Below are positions 11,060-21,290 of a stretch of DNA of 64,000 bases, one piece after another. The position numbers and the translations under genes are program-made. The stretch spans positions 4,208 to 68,207 of the forward strand of contig JANPFV010000082.1 of NCBI GenBank assembly GCA_031423615.1. Direction: 5' to 3'. This DNA comes from Candidatus Omnitrophota bacterium (GTDB lineage Bacteria > Omnitrophota > Gorgyraeia > Zapsychrales > JANLHA01). Numbering within the stretch: the stretch's first letter is position 1; every line of letters begins with the position of its first letter. The notes under the pieces are model-generated. The model worked only from the letters and a program-made list of their open reading frames with translations. It searched no databases and was not told where the DNA came from.

Positions 11060-11605
11060 TTATTCTTGTTTAATAGCAACCTTCACCTTGGCGGTTCTTA
11101 CAACCCGGTCACCGAGGGTATATCCTTTTTGCAACTCCTCTATGACCGTCCCTTCTTCTTTGTCCGACGGTTCCTGCATTAAAACCTCGTGACTGTGCGG
11201 ATCAAAGAGTTTTCCTGTAGCTTCGAGCGGCTTGACATTATTTTTACGCAGCAATTCATGGATCCGCGCCATGACCATTTCAACGCCTTTTAAAAAAGCC
11301 TGCTGGTCTTGATGATTTGCCTTGGCCGCGATAACCACCCGTTCCAGATCGTCTAAAATATGTAAAAAATCAGCGATCAAACCTTCATTCGCATACTTTA
11401 CAAATTCACTGCGTTCCCGGTCGGAACGTTTGCGCGCATTGTCAAACTCGGCAAGAAGACGAAGATATTTATCTTTATACTCGTCTAATTCCTTGCTGAG
11501 CTTGCCATGGTCCTCGCTGTTAACCGTGCCCATCTCCTCCGGCACATCCTGCGGAATCACCGCTTCTTTTTCATCCTTCTTATTTTCTTCATTCATTTCC
11601 ATCAT
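11060..11605 (-). CDS. grpE: Nucleotide exchange factor GrpE
   Basis: YLRLLAEFDNARKR, FDPHSHE, QKGYTLGDRVVRTAKVKV; start approximate. Confidence 0.95.
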   Translation of the reverse strand: MMEMNEENKKDEKEAVIPQDVPEEMGTVNSEDHGKLSKELDEYKDKYLRLLAEFDNARKRSDRERSEFVKYANEGLIADFLHILDDLERVVIAAKANHQDQQAFLKGVEMVMARIHELLRKNNVKPLEATGKLFDPHSHEVLMQEPSDKEEGTVIEELQKGYTLGDRVVRTAKVKVAIKQE

Positions 11606-11612
11606 CAATCCC

Positions 11613-12344
11613 TCACACCACTTCATTCATGACTTTTGCCAAATAATTTAAAGTACAAACCACCCGTGAATAATCCATGCGGGTCGGCCCCAAAACCGCA
11701 ATACGTCCCGTCGGGCCGCTGTGCGTCTGATAACGCGAAACCGCCAGCGAGCATCCTTCAATATCCGCGCAGGCAATTTCATGACCGATATAAATCTTGA
11801 TCCTTTGCTCAAGCCCGCGATTGATCACTTGCAAAAGGTTTTCTTTCTCTTCCAGCGCACAAAGAATGTTCCCGATCTTTTTAACGTCGTGATATTCCGG
11901 ATATTCCACAACATAGCTTGTGCCCCGGCAAAAAATCTTGCCGCTCCAGCCGTCTACCGAAATAATGCTCGTATAATGCGTCAAATCAGAAATCATTTGC
12001 GAAGTTTTTTCCAAAGTGCTTTCCAAGTCCCGCATTTTTTCATCATATTCCTGTTTAATCCGGACCTTCTCTTCTTCTAAAAGCTGGATTTCCTTCATCA
12101 AATTATCAACATAATACCGGTATCCCTTTTGTGTGGGTAAACGGCCCGCCGAAGTATGCGGATGCGTCAAAAGGCCGTCATCTTCCAATTCCGCCAAGAT
12201 ATTGCGAATGGTAGCTGGGCTGAGATCCAAATGGTGCTCGTCGACAATGTAACTTGAGCTGACCGGCGTGATCGTCTTAATATAAGAATTAACGACAATC
12301 CCCAGAACCCGCTCTTTACGTTGTTTATAAATTATTTCTTTCAT
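11613..12344 (-). CDS. hrcA: Heat-inducible transcription repressor HrcA (short form)
   Basis: SPATIRNILAELE, HPHTSAGRLPTQKGYRYYV, LGPTRMDY. Confidence 0.93.
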   Translation of the reverse strand: MKEIIYKQRKERVLGIVVNSYIKTITPVSSSYIVDEHHLDLSPATIRNILAELEDDGLLTHPHTSAGRLPTQKGYRYYVDNLMKEIQLLEEEKVRIKQEYDEKMRDLESTLEKTSQMISDLTHYTSIISVDGWSGKIFCRGTSYVVEYPEYHDVKKIGNILCALEEKENLLQVINRGLEQRIKIYIGHEIACADIEGCSLAVSRYQTHSGPTGRIAVLGPTRMDYSRVVCTLNYLAKVMNEVV

Positions 12345-12359
12345 CTTTTCCCTTTACCA

Positions 12360-12386
12360 TTAGCACTCATTTAGAAAGATTGCTAA
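12360..12386. promoter_or_regulatory. CIRCE element upstream of hrcA-grpE-dnaK-dnaJ
   Basis: TTAGCACTC-N9-GATTGCTAA, one mismatch to the consensus TTAGCACTC-N9-GAGTGCTAA. Confidence 0.92.
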
Positions 12387-12489
12387 TTTGCGCCGTATTA
12401 TAACAAAGACGAATATGTTGTCAACACTTTCGAAGGAGCTAGCTTTAGCATAAACACTCTTTATGTATCCGTCCTCATTCTTGCGCTTC

Positions 12490-13197
12490 TTACTCGCTGG
12501 ACTTTTCGCCATCGGTTCTTTTTAAGGCCTCCGCGAGAACAATGAGCTCTTGAAGGTAGGCCTCGGCCGCGGTGACGTTGTATTCCAGAATCAGAAGCGA
12601 CGGCTTGAGTCCTCCTATAGAATGAAATTCCAAAGAGATCACCCCATCGACAATCTGTAAAGACATCAGAGGATGTCCCCGCGAATCCCGATTTTTATAC
12701 GAGGTAAACAACTTGAGCATTTTGGGATCATTGAAAAAATTGTTGGCCCACTGCGGATTGTTCGTATAGGCGTGAAATTCTTCGAGAGCCTTGGGTAACC
12801 GCACTTGTCCTACAAAAGTCCCCCATCGGGCGTTAGAAACATCGTCCAAGGTTTGCGCATTGGAGCGGATTTGGGTCCGGGCGCGCTCGGAAAAAGTCAG
12901 ATTCAATCTCCCGGGGGTCTTAACTTTCAAAAATCCCAGATGGCTGGTTGTACCGGGCCGCAATCCGGACAGCTCGATTTCTTCATACAGACATTCATAT
13001 CCGCGGTATTTAAAATTGATGCGAAAAGAGTTATCGTGCTCCGCAATAGGAATCAGTTCTCCCTCAAAGAAATGCGCCATAGCCTGCAAATAATCATTAC
13101 GCTGTTTCTTTTCTCCGGTCGAAGAACGGATCATAAAATAAACGAGTCCACCGGTCAAAAGGATAAAAACAAGTATAATCACTGGCATCATAGACAT
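12490..13197 (-). CDS. Hypothetical protein with N-terminal membrane anchor
   Basis: 235-aa ORF on the operon strand, hydrophobic N-terminus. Confidence 0.75.
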   Translation of the reverse strand: MSMMPVIILVFILLTGGLVYFMIRSSTGEKKQRNDYLQAMAHFFEGELIPIAEHDNSFRINFKYRGYECLYEEIELSGLRPGTTSHLGFLKVKTPGRLNLTFSERARTQIRSNAQTLDDVSNARWGTFVGQVRLPKALEEFHAYTNNPQWANNFFNDPKMLKLFTSYKNRDSRGHPLMSLQIVDGVISLEFHSIGGLKPSLLILEYNVTAAEAYLQELIVLAEALKRTDGEKSSE

Positions 13198-13262
13198 AAG
13201 GGCAAAGTTAAAACATTATATTGAAATATCAATCCCTCAGGAATATATTTTCCGTTTTTTGC

Positions 13263-15842
13263 TTACGCCTTAAGGACTTTAAAATCCAACGTTCCCTTCG
13301 CCGCTGTGACTTCAATCCGGTCCTTTTCTTTCACCCGGCCATCTAATAGCATAAGAGCAATTGGGTCCTGGACCATTTTCTGGATGGCGCGGTTTAAAGG
13401 CCGCGCTCCGTAAACAGGATCATACCCGGCCTGCGCCAAAACATCCTTGGCCGAAGATTTAAGCTCGAAACCGATATTCCTTTGCGCCAAACGCAGCGCG
13501 AGGTTTTTGATTTGAATGTCGACGATTTTTGTAATATCTTTTTGCGACAAACGATTGAAGATAATTTTTTCGTCGATCCGGTTCAAAAATTCCGGGCGAA
13601 AAGAATTTCTCAGCGCGTCCTCAATGCGCCGGCTGATCTCTTTTTTGTCCTCAATATCCGCGATGACGTCGGAGCCGATATTGGATGTCATAATAATAAT
13701 CGTGTTTTTAAAATTGACGATCCGTCCCTGTCCATCGGTCAAACGGCCGTCGTCTAAAATCTGTAGGAGCGCATTGAACACATCGCTATGGGCCTTTTCG
13801 ATTTCATCAAACAAAATGACCGCGTAGGGCCGTCGACGCACCGCTTCCGTCAACTGACCGCCCTCTTCATACCCCACATAACCCGGAGGCGCGCCGATCA
13901 AACGCGAGACGCTGTGTTTTTCCATATATTCGCTCATGTCAATGCGAATCACCGCATCGGCGTTATCGAACAAAAACCAGGCCAGGGATTTTGCCAGCTC
14001 GGTCTTTCCTACACCCGTGGGACCCACAAAAAGAAAAGTCCCGATAGGACGATTGGGATTACTCAGACCCGCCCGCGAACGGCGAATAGCGCAAGCTATC
14101 AAGTCGATGGCTTCATCCTGTCCGACGACCCTTTCTTTCAAAACTTTTTCAATACTGATGAGTTTTTCCGTTTCGCCTTCCAGCAATTTGGTGATCGGGA
14201 TGCGCGTCCATTTGGAAACAATTTCGGCAATGTCCTGATCATCAACTTCCTCCTTAAGCAGAAGGCCTTCTTTTTGCAAACGGTTCAATTCTTTATTCTG
14301 GGCGACCAAGTCTTTTTCCAAATCCACTAAAAGACCGTAACGGATTTCAGCGACACGCCCTAAATTCCCGATCTTTTCCGCCTTGGCTTCTTCCAGTTTT
14401 AAAGATTCGATCTGGGACTTAATGGCACGGATCTTATTAATGACATCTTTCTCACCTTGCCAGCGCAGGCGCAGTTTCTTGTTTTCCGTCTTCAAACTTT
14501 CCAGTTCGCTCTCCAACTTCTTTAACCGATCCCGCGAACCTTCGTCCTTTTCTTTGTTCAACGCCTGACGCTCAATTTCCAGCTGGCGAATGCGGCGTTC
14601 ATTGATATCCAGTTCTTGCGGCATACTGTCGATTTCAATGCGCAGACGTGAAGCGGCCTCGTCGATCAAATCAATGGCTTTGTCGGGAAGAAAGCGTTCG
14701 GTAATGTAGCGATGCGACATTGTGGCCGCCGCAATCAAGGCCGAATCCTGAATACGCACGCCATGGTGGACCTCATAACGCTCTTTGAGGCCGCGTAAAA
14801 TGGCAATCGTGTCTTCAACGCTCGGCTCATTAACCATGACGGGTTGGAAACGCCGTTCCAAGGCCGAATCTTTTTCAATATGCTTGCGGTATTCATCAAG
14901 TGTGGTCGCCCCGATACAGTGCAATGCCCCGCGGGCCAAAGCCGGCTTAAGAAGATTGGAAGCATCCATTGACCCTTCGGCGGCACCGGCGCCGACGATG
15001 GTGTGCAGTTCATCGATAAATAAAATGACTTCGCCGGATTTGGATTCAATCTCTTTTAAGACCGCCTTGAGACGTTCTTCGAATTCCCCGCGGAACTTGG
15101 CTCCGGCGACCAACGCTCCCATATCCAAGGACATGACTTTTTTATTTTTAAGGCCTTCGGGCACATCTCCGGAAAAAATACGCAAAGCCAAACCTTCCGC
15201 AATCGCCGTCTTTCCAACGCCCGGTTCGCCGATTAAAACGGGATTATTCTTTGTGCGCCGGGAAAGGACCTGAATGACGCGGCGAATTTCCTCGTCGCGG
15301 CCAATCACCGGATCCAATTTCCCCTTGCTGGCCAAGTCCGTAAGATCCCGGCTATACTTTTGCAGGGCCTGATATTTTCCTTCGGCGTTAGCGTCGGTCA
15401 CATTCTGGCCGCCGCGTATATTCTTTAAAATCTTTAATACACTTTCTTCTTCAATGCCCTGGCGACGCAATTCCTTGCTGATCGTCGTGTCCCGGTCACG
15501 GTAAAGCGCAAGGAGAATATGCTCCTGAGAAGTAAAATCATCCTTCATGTCTGAGGCGATCTTCTGGGAATCGGTCAAGATTTTGTTCAAACGACCGGAA
15601 AGAAAAGGGGCCTGGCCTTCAACTTGCGGGATTTTTCGAAGTTCATCGTCGAGCAGATTCAAAAGCGGCTGCGCCGGCACCCCGACTTGGTCAAGAATGG
15701 GGACAACGAGACCCTGCTCATCTTTTAATAAAGCCTGCGAAAGGTGGACGGCGTCAATTTGCTGATGATTGTGCTCTTGCGCGATCTGCATGGCGTTCTG
15801 GATCGCTTCCTGACTTTTGACGGTGAATTTATCGAATTTCAT
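13263..15842 (-). CDS. clpB: ATP-dependent chaperone ClpB
   Basis: Two AAA+ modules ([16 protein letters not shown]), long middle coiled coil. Confidence 0.97.
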   Translation of the reverse strand: MKFDKFTVKSQEAIQNAMQIAQEHNHQQIDAVHLSQALLKDEQGLVVPILDQVGVPAQPLLNLLDDELRKIPQVEGQAPFLSGRLNKILTDSQKIASDMKDDFTSQEHILLALYRDRDTTISKELRRQGIEEESVLKILKNIRGGQNVTDANAEGKYQALQKYSRDLTDLASKGKLDPVIGRDEEIRRVIQVLSRRTKNNPVLIGEPGVGKTAIAEGLALRIFSGDVPEGLKNKKVMSLDMGALVAGAKFRGEFEERLKAVLKEIESKSGEVILFIDELHTIVGAGAAEGSMDASNLLKPALARGALHCIGATTLDEYRKHIEKDSALERRFQPVMVNEPSVEDTIAILRGLKERYEVHHGVRIQDSALIAAATMSHRYITERFLPDKAIDLIDEAASRLRIEIDSMPQELDINERRIRQLEIERQALNKEKDEGSRDRLKKLESELESLKTENKKLRLRWQGEKDVINKIRAIKSQIESLKLEEAKAEKIGNLGRVAEIRYGLLVDLEKDLVAQNKELNRLQKEGLLLKEEVDDQDIAEIVSKWTRIPITKLLEGETEKLISIEKVLKERVVGQDEAIDLIACAIRRSRAGLSNPNRPIGTFLFVGPTGVGKTELAKSLAWFLFDNADAVIRIDMSEYMEKHSVSRLIGAPPGYVGYEEGGQLTEAVRRRPYAVILFDEIEKAHSDVFNALLQILDDGRLTDGQGRIVNFKNTIIIMTSNIGSDVIADIEDKKEISRRIEDALRNSFRPEFLNRIDEKIIFNRLSQKDITKIVDIQIKNLALRLAQRNIGFELKSSAKDVLAQAGYDPVYGARPLNRAIQKMVQDPIALMLLDGRVKEKDRIEVTAAKGTLDFKVLKA

Positions 15843-15896
15843 AAGATCCTTTTTAACGCCGTGTGCAAGTTTTGATCTATCGTTAGGATTGGTCCT

Positions 15897-15981
15897 TGCT
15901 GATTCGACCAGTCCTTTTGAGGCTCATTTGTTTTGCGCCTCTATGGCGCTATTCGCCTCAAAAGAACTGATCGGATCAGCA
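15897..15981. repeat. 27-bp imperfect inverted repeat in the clpB leader
   Basis: TGCTGATTCGACCAGTCCTTTTGAGGC (15897-15923) vs GCCTCAAAAGAACTGATCGGATCAGCA (15955-15981), 3 differences. Confidence 0.85.
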
Positions 15982-16071
15982 AAACTTTCACAGCGTGTCT
16001 TTTAAAAAATTTTATTGTCCCGCGACCGCCGGCAGTATCTTACCACCGGCGGCCATAATCGGTTAATGGAT

Positions 16072-16482
16072 TTATTCGCTGATTTCTATTTTGCGCGGTT
16101 TGCTGGATTCCGCTTTGGGAAGAACCAATTCCAAAACTCCATCCTTATAACTCGCGGTGACCTTGGTTTGGTCAATACTTGTTCCCAGCTCGAAACGCCG
16201 CTCGGTAACGCCCACAAAACGTTCCACCCGGGAATAGAACTTTTCTTTTTCTTGATTTTCACTTTTACGTTCCCCGCGAATGATGAGGACATCATTATCG
16301 ATTGAAACGTGAAGTTGCTCCTTCTTCAAACCGGGCAGGTCCGCTTTGACCGTGATATTTTTTTCATCTTCCTTAATATCAACCGCCAAAAAGGGACTCT
16401 CACCTTGCGGGAGGGCCAAACCCCAAAGGGCTTGATTCCAATCGGAATTTCCATTGTGAGCATTGCAGTTTAGGAATCTCAT
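16072..16482 (-). CDS. Hsp20/alpha-crystallin small heat-shock protein
   Basis: VDIKED...ADLPGL...ASYKDGVLELVLPK; ATG 16482 preceded by AAGGAGG. Confidence 0.93.
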   Translation of the reverse strand: MRFLNCNAHNGNSDWNQALWGLALPQGESPFLAVDIKEDEKNITVKADLPGLKKEQLHVSIDNDVLIIRGERKSENQEKEKFYSRVERFVGVTERRFELGTSIDQTKVTASYKDGVLELVLPKAESSKPRKIEISE

Positions 16483-16510
16483 ACCAACCTCCTTGTTAAT
16501 GATGTTTAAT

Positions 16511-16537
16511 TTGGCACTCATAGCAGTCTACTGCTAA
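16511..16537. promoter_or_regulatory. Second CIRCE-like element, upstream of hsp20-clpB
   Basis: TTGGCACTC-N9-TACTGCTAA. Confidence 0.75.
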
Positions 16538-16554
16538 TTATTTGATAAAAAAAA

Positions 16555-16833
16555 TTATTCTCTTTTTTCAATCTGCAAAATCATTTTGATTCCGCTGATA
16601 TTGACCCGCTTCTTTTCCATTAAATAATGGACATAGTTTAAAAGTTCCACTTGCTTTTGCGAATAACAGCGCGTCTTTTTTCCTATGCGCTGCGGCTTGA
16701 CCACATCCATATCATCCAACTTGCGTAAAGTCCAGATCGGAATACTGACAATCGTACTGACCACACTAATCACATAAACCGGCGCTAAGGGATCAATGTT
16801 GACGCTAAAATTCTGCGGGGTTTCTTTTTTCAT
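16555..16833 (-). CDS. MerR-family transcriptional regulator, HspR-like
   Basis: PVYVISVVS...TLRKLD...P.R...R.YS...VNISGIKMIL resembles HspR; lies within the heat-shock locus. Confidence 0.75.
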   Translation of the reverse strand: MKKETPQNFSVNIDPLAPVYVISVVSTIVSIPIWTLRKLDDMDVVKPQRIGKKTRCYSQKQVELLNYVHYLMEKKRVNISGIKMILQIEKRE

Positions 16834-16946
16834 ATCTCTGCCTCGCTTATCTGATAGAAAATATACCATTATCAAATTATATTGTCAACAAATTTTAATA
16901 ATAATAATTAGATAAACTAACTGACGCCCAGAGGATTTTAAAAAGA

Positions 16947-18206
16947 TCATTTTCGCAAACTGAATTTTTGTAAAAGGCCGGCAAATTTCTTGGGCAAAGA
17001 GACGGACAGACGAGCGGCATCGGAGTCATAAGCAATGGCATGGACATGGCCTTCTTTATGCGCCAAATTAACCAGATCCATGCGGTCCAAAGGCAAGGCG
17101 ACCTCAATAGTTTCCATTAAGGAAGAAAGCTGATCCGCGATTTCCACCAAAAGGCCGGAAATATTTTCTCCGCTGAGCGCAGAAATGGCCACTGGATTCT
17201 TAAACGCGAGCTTAATTTCCGCCAAAAAACTTTTATCGGCAAGACGATCTATTTTATTCAAAACCGTAATCATGGGTTTTTCCTGAGCATCAAGTTCACG
17301 TAAAACCTGATTTACGGAATCATAAAGATTACGAAATTTGGGATGGCTGACATCGAGAACATGAATCAACAGATCGGCGCTGGCCGTTTCTTCGAGGGTG
17401 GCTTTAAAAGATTCAATCAAATGATGAGGTAATTCATGCAAAAATCCGACGGTATCGGAAAGAACAATTTTCTGATGGTTGGGTAAAACAAGCTGACGAG
17501 ACAAAGAATCCAAGGTTGTAAAAAGTCCGTCGTGAGTGACTTGGCCCGCCTGAGTTAAGGTATTGAGCAAGGTGGATTTTCCCGCATTGGTATAGCCCAC
17601 CAGCGAAACCAGCGGGACGCCATCGTCCTGGCGCTTTTTCCGTCTAAGGAGGCGATCCGAACTCACGTCCTGTAAATCTTTTCGTAAACGGTCTACGCGT
17701 TCACGAATACGCCGACGATCAACCTCCAGCTTGGTTTCACCGGGCCCCATAGTGCCGATCCCGCCGCCTAAACGGGACATCTCAACACCCTGTCCAACCA
17801 AACGGGGCAACAGATATTCCAGCTGGGCCAATTCGACCTGCATTTTTCCTTCCTGGCTTTTGGCCCGACGGGCAAAGATGTCTAAAATCAACTGGGTGCG
17901 GTCGATGACTTTTTTTCCGATCGCTTCTTCCAGATTGCGCTGTTGACTGCCTTTTAAGTCATGACTCATGACCACGGTATCCACTCCCGTAGCTTGCGCC
18001 AGTTCAGCGATCTCTTTGACCTTGCCTTCGCCTAAAAAAAGCCCGGCACTGACCTGCTCAATGCGGCATAACATTGTATCCATAACAACCCCCTGACACG
18101 CATTGACCAATTCTTTCATTTCGCCGGCCAAATCATCAAAGGTCCAATTATTCCGTTGGGTCTTGATCTGGATAATAACCAATAAAATTTTTTCTGCGGC
18201 CTTCAT
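16947..18206 (-). CDS. hflX: GTPase HflX
   Basis: GPGETKLEVDRR, GYTNAGKST, DTVGF, NKID. Confidence 0.96.
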   Translation of the reverse strand: MKAAEKILLVIIQIKTQRNNWTFDDLAGEMKELVNACQGVVMDTMLCRIEQVSAGLFLGEGKVKEIAELAQATGVDTVVMSHDLKGSQQRNLEEAIGKKVIDRTQLILDIFARRAKSQEGKMQVELAQLEYLLPRLVGQGVEMSRLGGGIGTMGPGETKLEVDRRRIRERVDRLRKDLQDVSSDRLLRRKKRQDDGVPLVSLVGYTNAGKSTLLNTLTQAGQVTHDGLFTTLDSLSRQLVLPNHQKIVLSDTVGFLHELPHHLIESFKATLEETASADLLIHVLDVSHPKFRNLYDSVNQVLRELDAQEKPMITVLNKIDRLADKSFLAEIKLAFKNPVAISALSGENISGLLVEIADQLSSLMETIEVALPLDRMDLVNLAHKEGHVHAIAYDSDAARLSVSLPKKFAGLLQKFSLRK

Positions 18207-19138
18207 AAATTTTTTATTTCTCCTAATATTTTTGCGGCCACGGCCGACGAGCTTTCATCCTTACGGACCGCGATCCAATGAATGCGCTTATCTTTGCGGA
18301 ACCAGGTCAGCTGTCGTTTGGCAAATCGCCGCGTGTTCATTTTTATCAATTCTTTGACTTCGTTAAGATCACCCTCACCCTTCAAATGGGCTAAAATTTC
18401 CCTGACCCCGATGATCCGGCGAGCCGTCAAGCTGATATTGCGGTCCTCAATGGCTTTGACTTCATCGATGATCCCCTCGGCAAACATCTTTTCTACCCGG
18501 GCATTGATCCGTTCATAAAGTTCCTCGCGTTCCCTTTCAATTCCGAACACGGTCACGGAATATTTGTTCCACAGGCCCGAACAATTTTTCTGCAGCTTCG
18601 AAAGGGGTGTCTGGGTTGTTTGGAAAACTTCTAAAGCGCGGATGGTCCGCCGCACATCGTGGACATGGATTTTGGCCGCCGCGTCCGGATCGGTTATCTT
18701 TAACTCTTCATACAAAACAGCGGCGCCCTCTTTTTTTGCGCGGGCCTCCAGATTTTGCCGCACGAGCGTATTGGGGATGCTTCCTTCAAAAATCCCGTCC
18801 AATAAAACCTGCACATACATTCCGCTCCCCCCGACGATCAAAGGAATTTTCTTGTCTTTTAAAATCTGTTCAACAAGGCCTCTGGCCATTTTATTAAAAA
18901 CCGCCACATCAAATTTTTCTTCGACGGAAACCACATCGAGCAAATGGTGGGAAACTTGCTGGCGTTCCTGAAGCGACGGTTTACTGCTGGCAATCGAAAT
19001 TTCCCGATACACCTGCATCGAATCACAGGAAAGAATCTCGCAAGGCCACTGGGCCGCCAATTTTAAAGCAATGTCGGTTTTACCGGCGCCGGTTGCGCCA
19101 ACAATAAATATTATTTTTTGTGAAACCGGCGATGTCAA
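18203..19138 (-). CDS. miaA: tRNA dimethylallyltransferase
   Basis: GATGAGKT, DSMQVY, VGGSGMY, FAKRQLTWF. Confidence 0.96.
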   Translation of the reverse strand: MTSPVSQKIIFIVGATGAGKTDIALKLAAQWPCEILSCDSMQVYREISIASSKPSLQERQQVSHHLLDVVSVEEKFDVAVFNKMARGLVEQILKDKKIPLIVGGSGMYVQVLLDGIFEGSIPNTLVRQNLEARAKKEGAAVLYEELKITDPDAAAKIHVHDVRRTIRALEVFQTTQTPLSKLQKNCSGLWNKYSVTVFGIEREREELYERINARVEKMFAEGIIDEVKAIEDRNISLTARRIIGVREILAHLKGEGDLNEVKELIKMNTRRFAKRQLTWFRKDKRIHWIAVRKDESSSAVAAKILGEIKNL

Positions 19139-19908
19139 GGATAGATATGGGTAGGATAACCTTGGTTACTCAACCGCTTTTGCATCGTATTGGCCTCGTG
19201 AAGATTTTTTAATTCTCCCACACGGACGCGGTAAAAAACACGGCCTTCGTGATCTTGCGTTTCTACAAGGTAGGCATATTCCCCTTTCCCTTTTAATTCT
19301 TCAACCAAGGCGGTCGCCCTACTCTGATCGAGAAAGGAACCCACCTGGATGGCAAAATATCTTTTTTCTTCTAAGAGCTGCTGCGCGGTGTGGGCTTCCA
19401 AACTTTTTGGAAAATCATGGACCACTTTATTCAAATAGTCCTGGGCCTTTTCCCAGTGGGACAGTTTGAGATGAGCACGCCCCAACTTCAGATAAATAAC
19501 GCTGAGGAATTCCGAATCAGGCCGCTTCATCAAAAACTGCTCCGCCTGTTTCAAATCTTCAGAGAAATCTTGTTCCATTCCCAAGGAATCGATAACACCC
19601 AGCCACGCCTTTTCATAGAGGCTGTCCGACGAGGTGGCGCGCATGACCCGCTTGAAAGCGGCGCGTGCGGCTGAATAATGGGCCAGCCCCAATTCACTGA
19701 TCCCTAAATAATATCGGGCTTGGTTGGTTTCATCAGAAGTGGACTTGCGGGCAATAAACTTTTCCGCCAAGACTTTCGACGTTTTGTAATCTTTTTCGAT
19801 AATCGCCGTCTCGATATCGCTGATGGAAGCAAAACCGCAGAAGAAGCAAAACCCGCAAATCAAAAAAACATTAAAAACATGGGAAGAACGCAAAAAAGAT
19901 TTATTCAT
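19135..19908 (-). CDS. TPR + SPOR domain exported protein
   Basis: Signal-like N-terminus, TPR-like helices, C-terminal FAIQVGSF...YRVRVG SPOR motif. Confidence 0.85.
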   Translation of the reverse strand: MNKSFLRSSHVFNVFLICGFCFFCGFASISDIETAIIEKDYKTSKVLAEKFIARKSTSDETNQARYYLGISELGLAHYSAARAAFKRVMRATSSDSLYEKAWLGVIDSLGMEQDFSEDLKQAEQFLMKRPDSEFLSVIYLKLGRAHLKLSHWEKAQDYLNKVVHDFPKSLEAHTAQQLLEEKRYFAIQVGSFLDQSRATALVEELKGKGEYAYLVETQDHEGRVFYRVRVGELKNLHEANTMQKRLSNQGYPTHIYP

Positions 19909-20090
19909 GCAGACATATTAACAAAAACGAGGCACTTTATCTATGGGAATTTGCGGGCCTTTCGTATGGGGTGTCAAATTGTCATTCCGCGAAAGCGGAA
20001 ATCGAGGAGGATGTATGCCCGTCAAAAGATTGCGAGGATGACAGGGAATACTTTAAAACATCGCTGGCTGGGTCAAGGGTTTCCGCAAAA

Positions 20091-21236
20091 CTATCGCGGA
20101 GCACTCAAAGCCCTATGGAGATCATCAACAAGATCTTTGTAATCTTCAATCCCGACGGAAACCCGGATGGTCTGTTGGGTAATGCCCGAAGCCTTAAGGC
20201 CTTCGACACCCATCGAGGAATGGCTCATGGACCAGGGATGTTCGATCAAGGATTCCACCCCACCCAAAGATTCGGCCAGAGAAAAAAGTTTCAACTGGGC
20301 GAAAAATCGAGCGAGCGGGACTTTTTTCGTGTCTAATTCGAAAGCGAGCATTCCGCCAAAACCCTTCATCTGCTTGCGAATCAAGTCTCGCTGAGGATGA
20401 CTGGCCAGGCCCGGATAATAAACTTTCTTCACATTCTTGTGCCCCTCAAGAAATTTGGCAATAGAGAGAGCGTTCGCCTGATGAGCCTCCATTCGGTAGC
20501 TGATGGTTTTAACGCCGCGTAAAACCAGCCACGCATCAAAGGGAGATTCGGAAACACCCAAAGCATTAACCAGATAACGGACTCTCTCTCCCAGAGCTTT
20601 GTCCTTGTAAACGATCGCGCCGCCCACGACATCGCTGTGACCATTGATATACTTTGTCGTCGAGTGGACGACCAAGTCCGCGCCAAAATCAAAGGGCCGC
20701 TGAAAATAAGGAGACAAAAAAGTATTGTCGACGGCCGTTAAAATCTTTTTGGCATGGGCCAGCTTAATGACCGCGTCGAGATCAATAATATTTAACAGCG
20801 GATTAGACGGTGTTTCAATCCATACCATTTTCGTCTTGGGCGTGATCGCGGCCTTCACTTTCTTAAGGTCCCGCATATTTACGAAAGAAAAAGACAGCCC
20901 CATGTCGGGCAAAACTTTGTTAAACAGCCGGTATGTCCCACCATAAATGTCATCGCCGGTCACAATATGATCGCCGGCTTTGCATAAAAACAGCGCGGCC
21001 GTGATCGCGGCCATACCGGTTGCGGTCGCCGAACAGCCGAGGCCGTTTTCTAAGCTAGCAATATTTTCCTCTAGCGCGGCCCGCGTCGGATTGCCGCTGC
21101 GGGTATAATCATAACCTTTATTTTTTCCTAAAGCGTCAAAAGCAAATGTGGATGTAGGATAAATCGGTGTCGTCACCGAGTTATAACTGCTGTCCTTATA
21201 AATGCCCGTATGGACTGATTTTGTGCGGATATCCAT
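20091..21236 (-). CDS. Cystathionine gamma-synthase/gamma-lyase family PLP enzyme
   Basis: YTRSGNPTR, ETPSNP, HSTTKYINGHSD, SLGGVESL. Confidence 0.93.
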   Translation of the reverse strand: MDIRTKSVHTGIYKDSSYNSVTTPIYPTSTFAFDALGKNKGYDYTRSGNPTRAALEENIASLENGLGCSATATGMAAITAALFLCKAGDHIVTGDDIYGGTYRLFNKVLPDMGLSFSFVNMRDLKKVKAAITPKTKMVWIETPSNPLLNIIDLDAVIKLAHAKKILTAVDNTFLSPYFQRPFDFGADLVVHSTTKYINGHSDVVGGAIVYKDKALGERVRYLVNALGVSESPFDAWLVLRGVKTISYRMEAHQANALSIAKFLEGHKNVKKVYYPGLASHPQRDLIRKQMKGFGGMLAFELDTKKVPLARFFAQLKLFSLAESLGGVESLIEHPWSMSHSSMGVEGLKASGITQQTIRVSVGIEDYKDLVDDLHRALSAPR

Positions 21237-21290
21237 CGCTGAAATTCTCCGTTTCCTGTTGATTGATCCTTAAATACGATAAAGGGTTGA

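Noticed and set aside
16834-16946. HAIR operator upstream of the HspR-like gene
   Set aside because: No CTTGAGT-N7-ACTCAAG-like inverted repeat found
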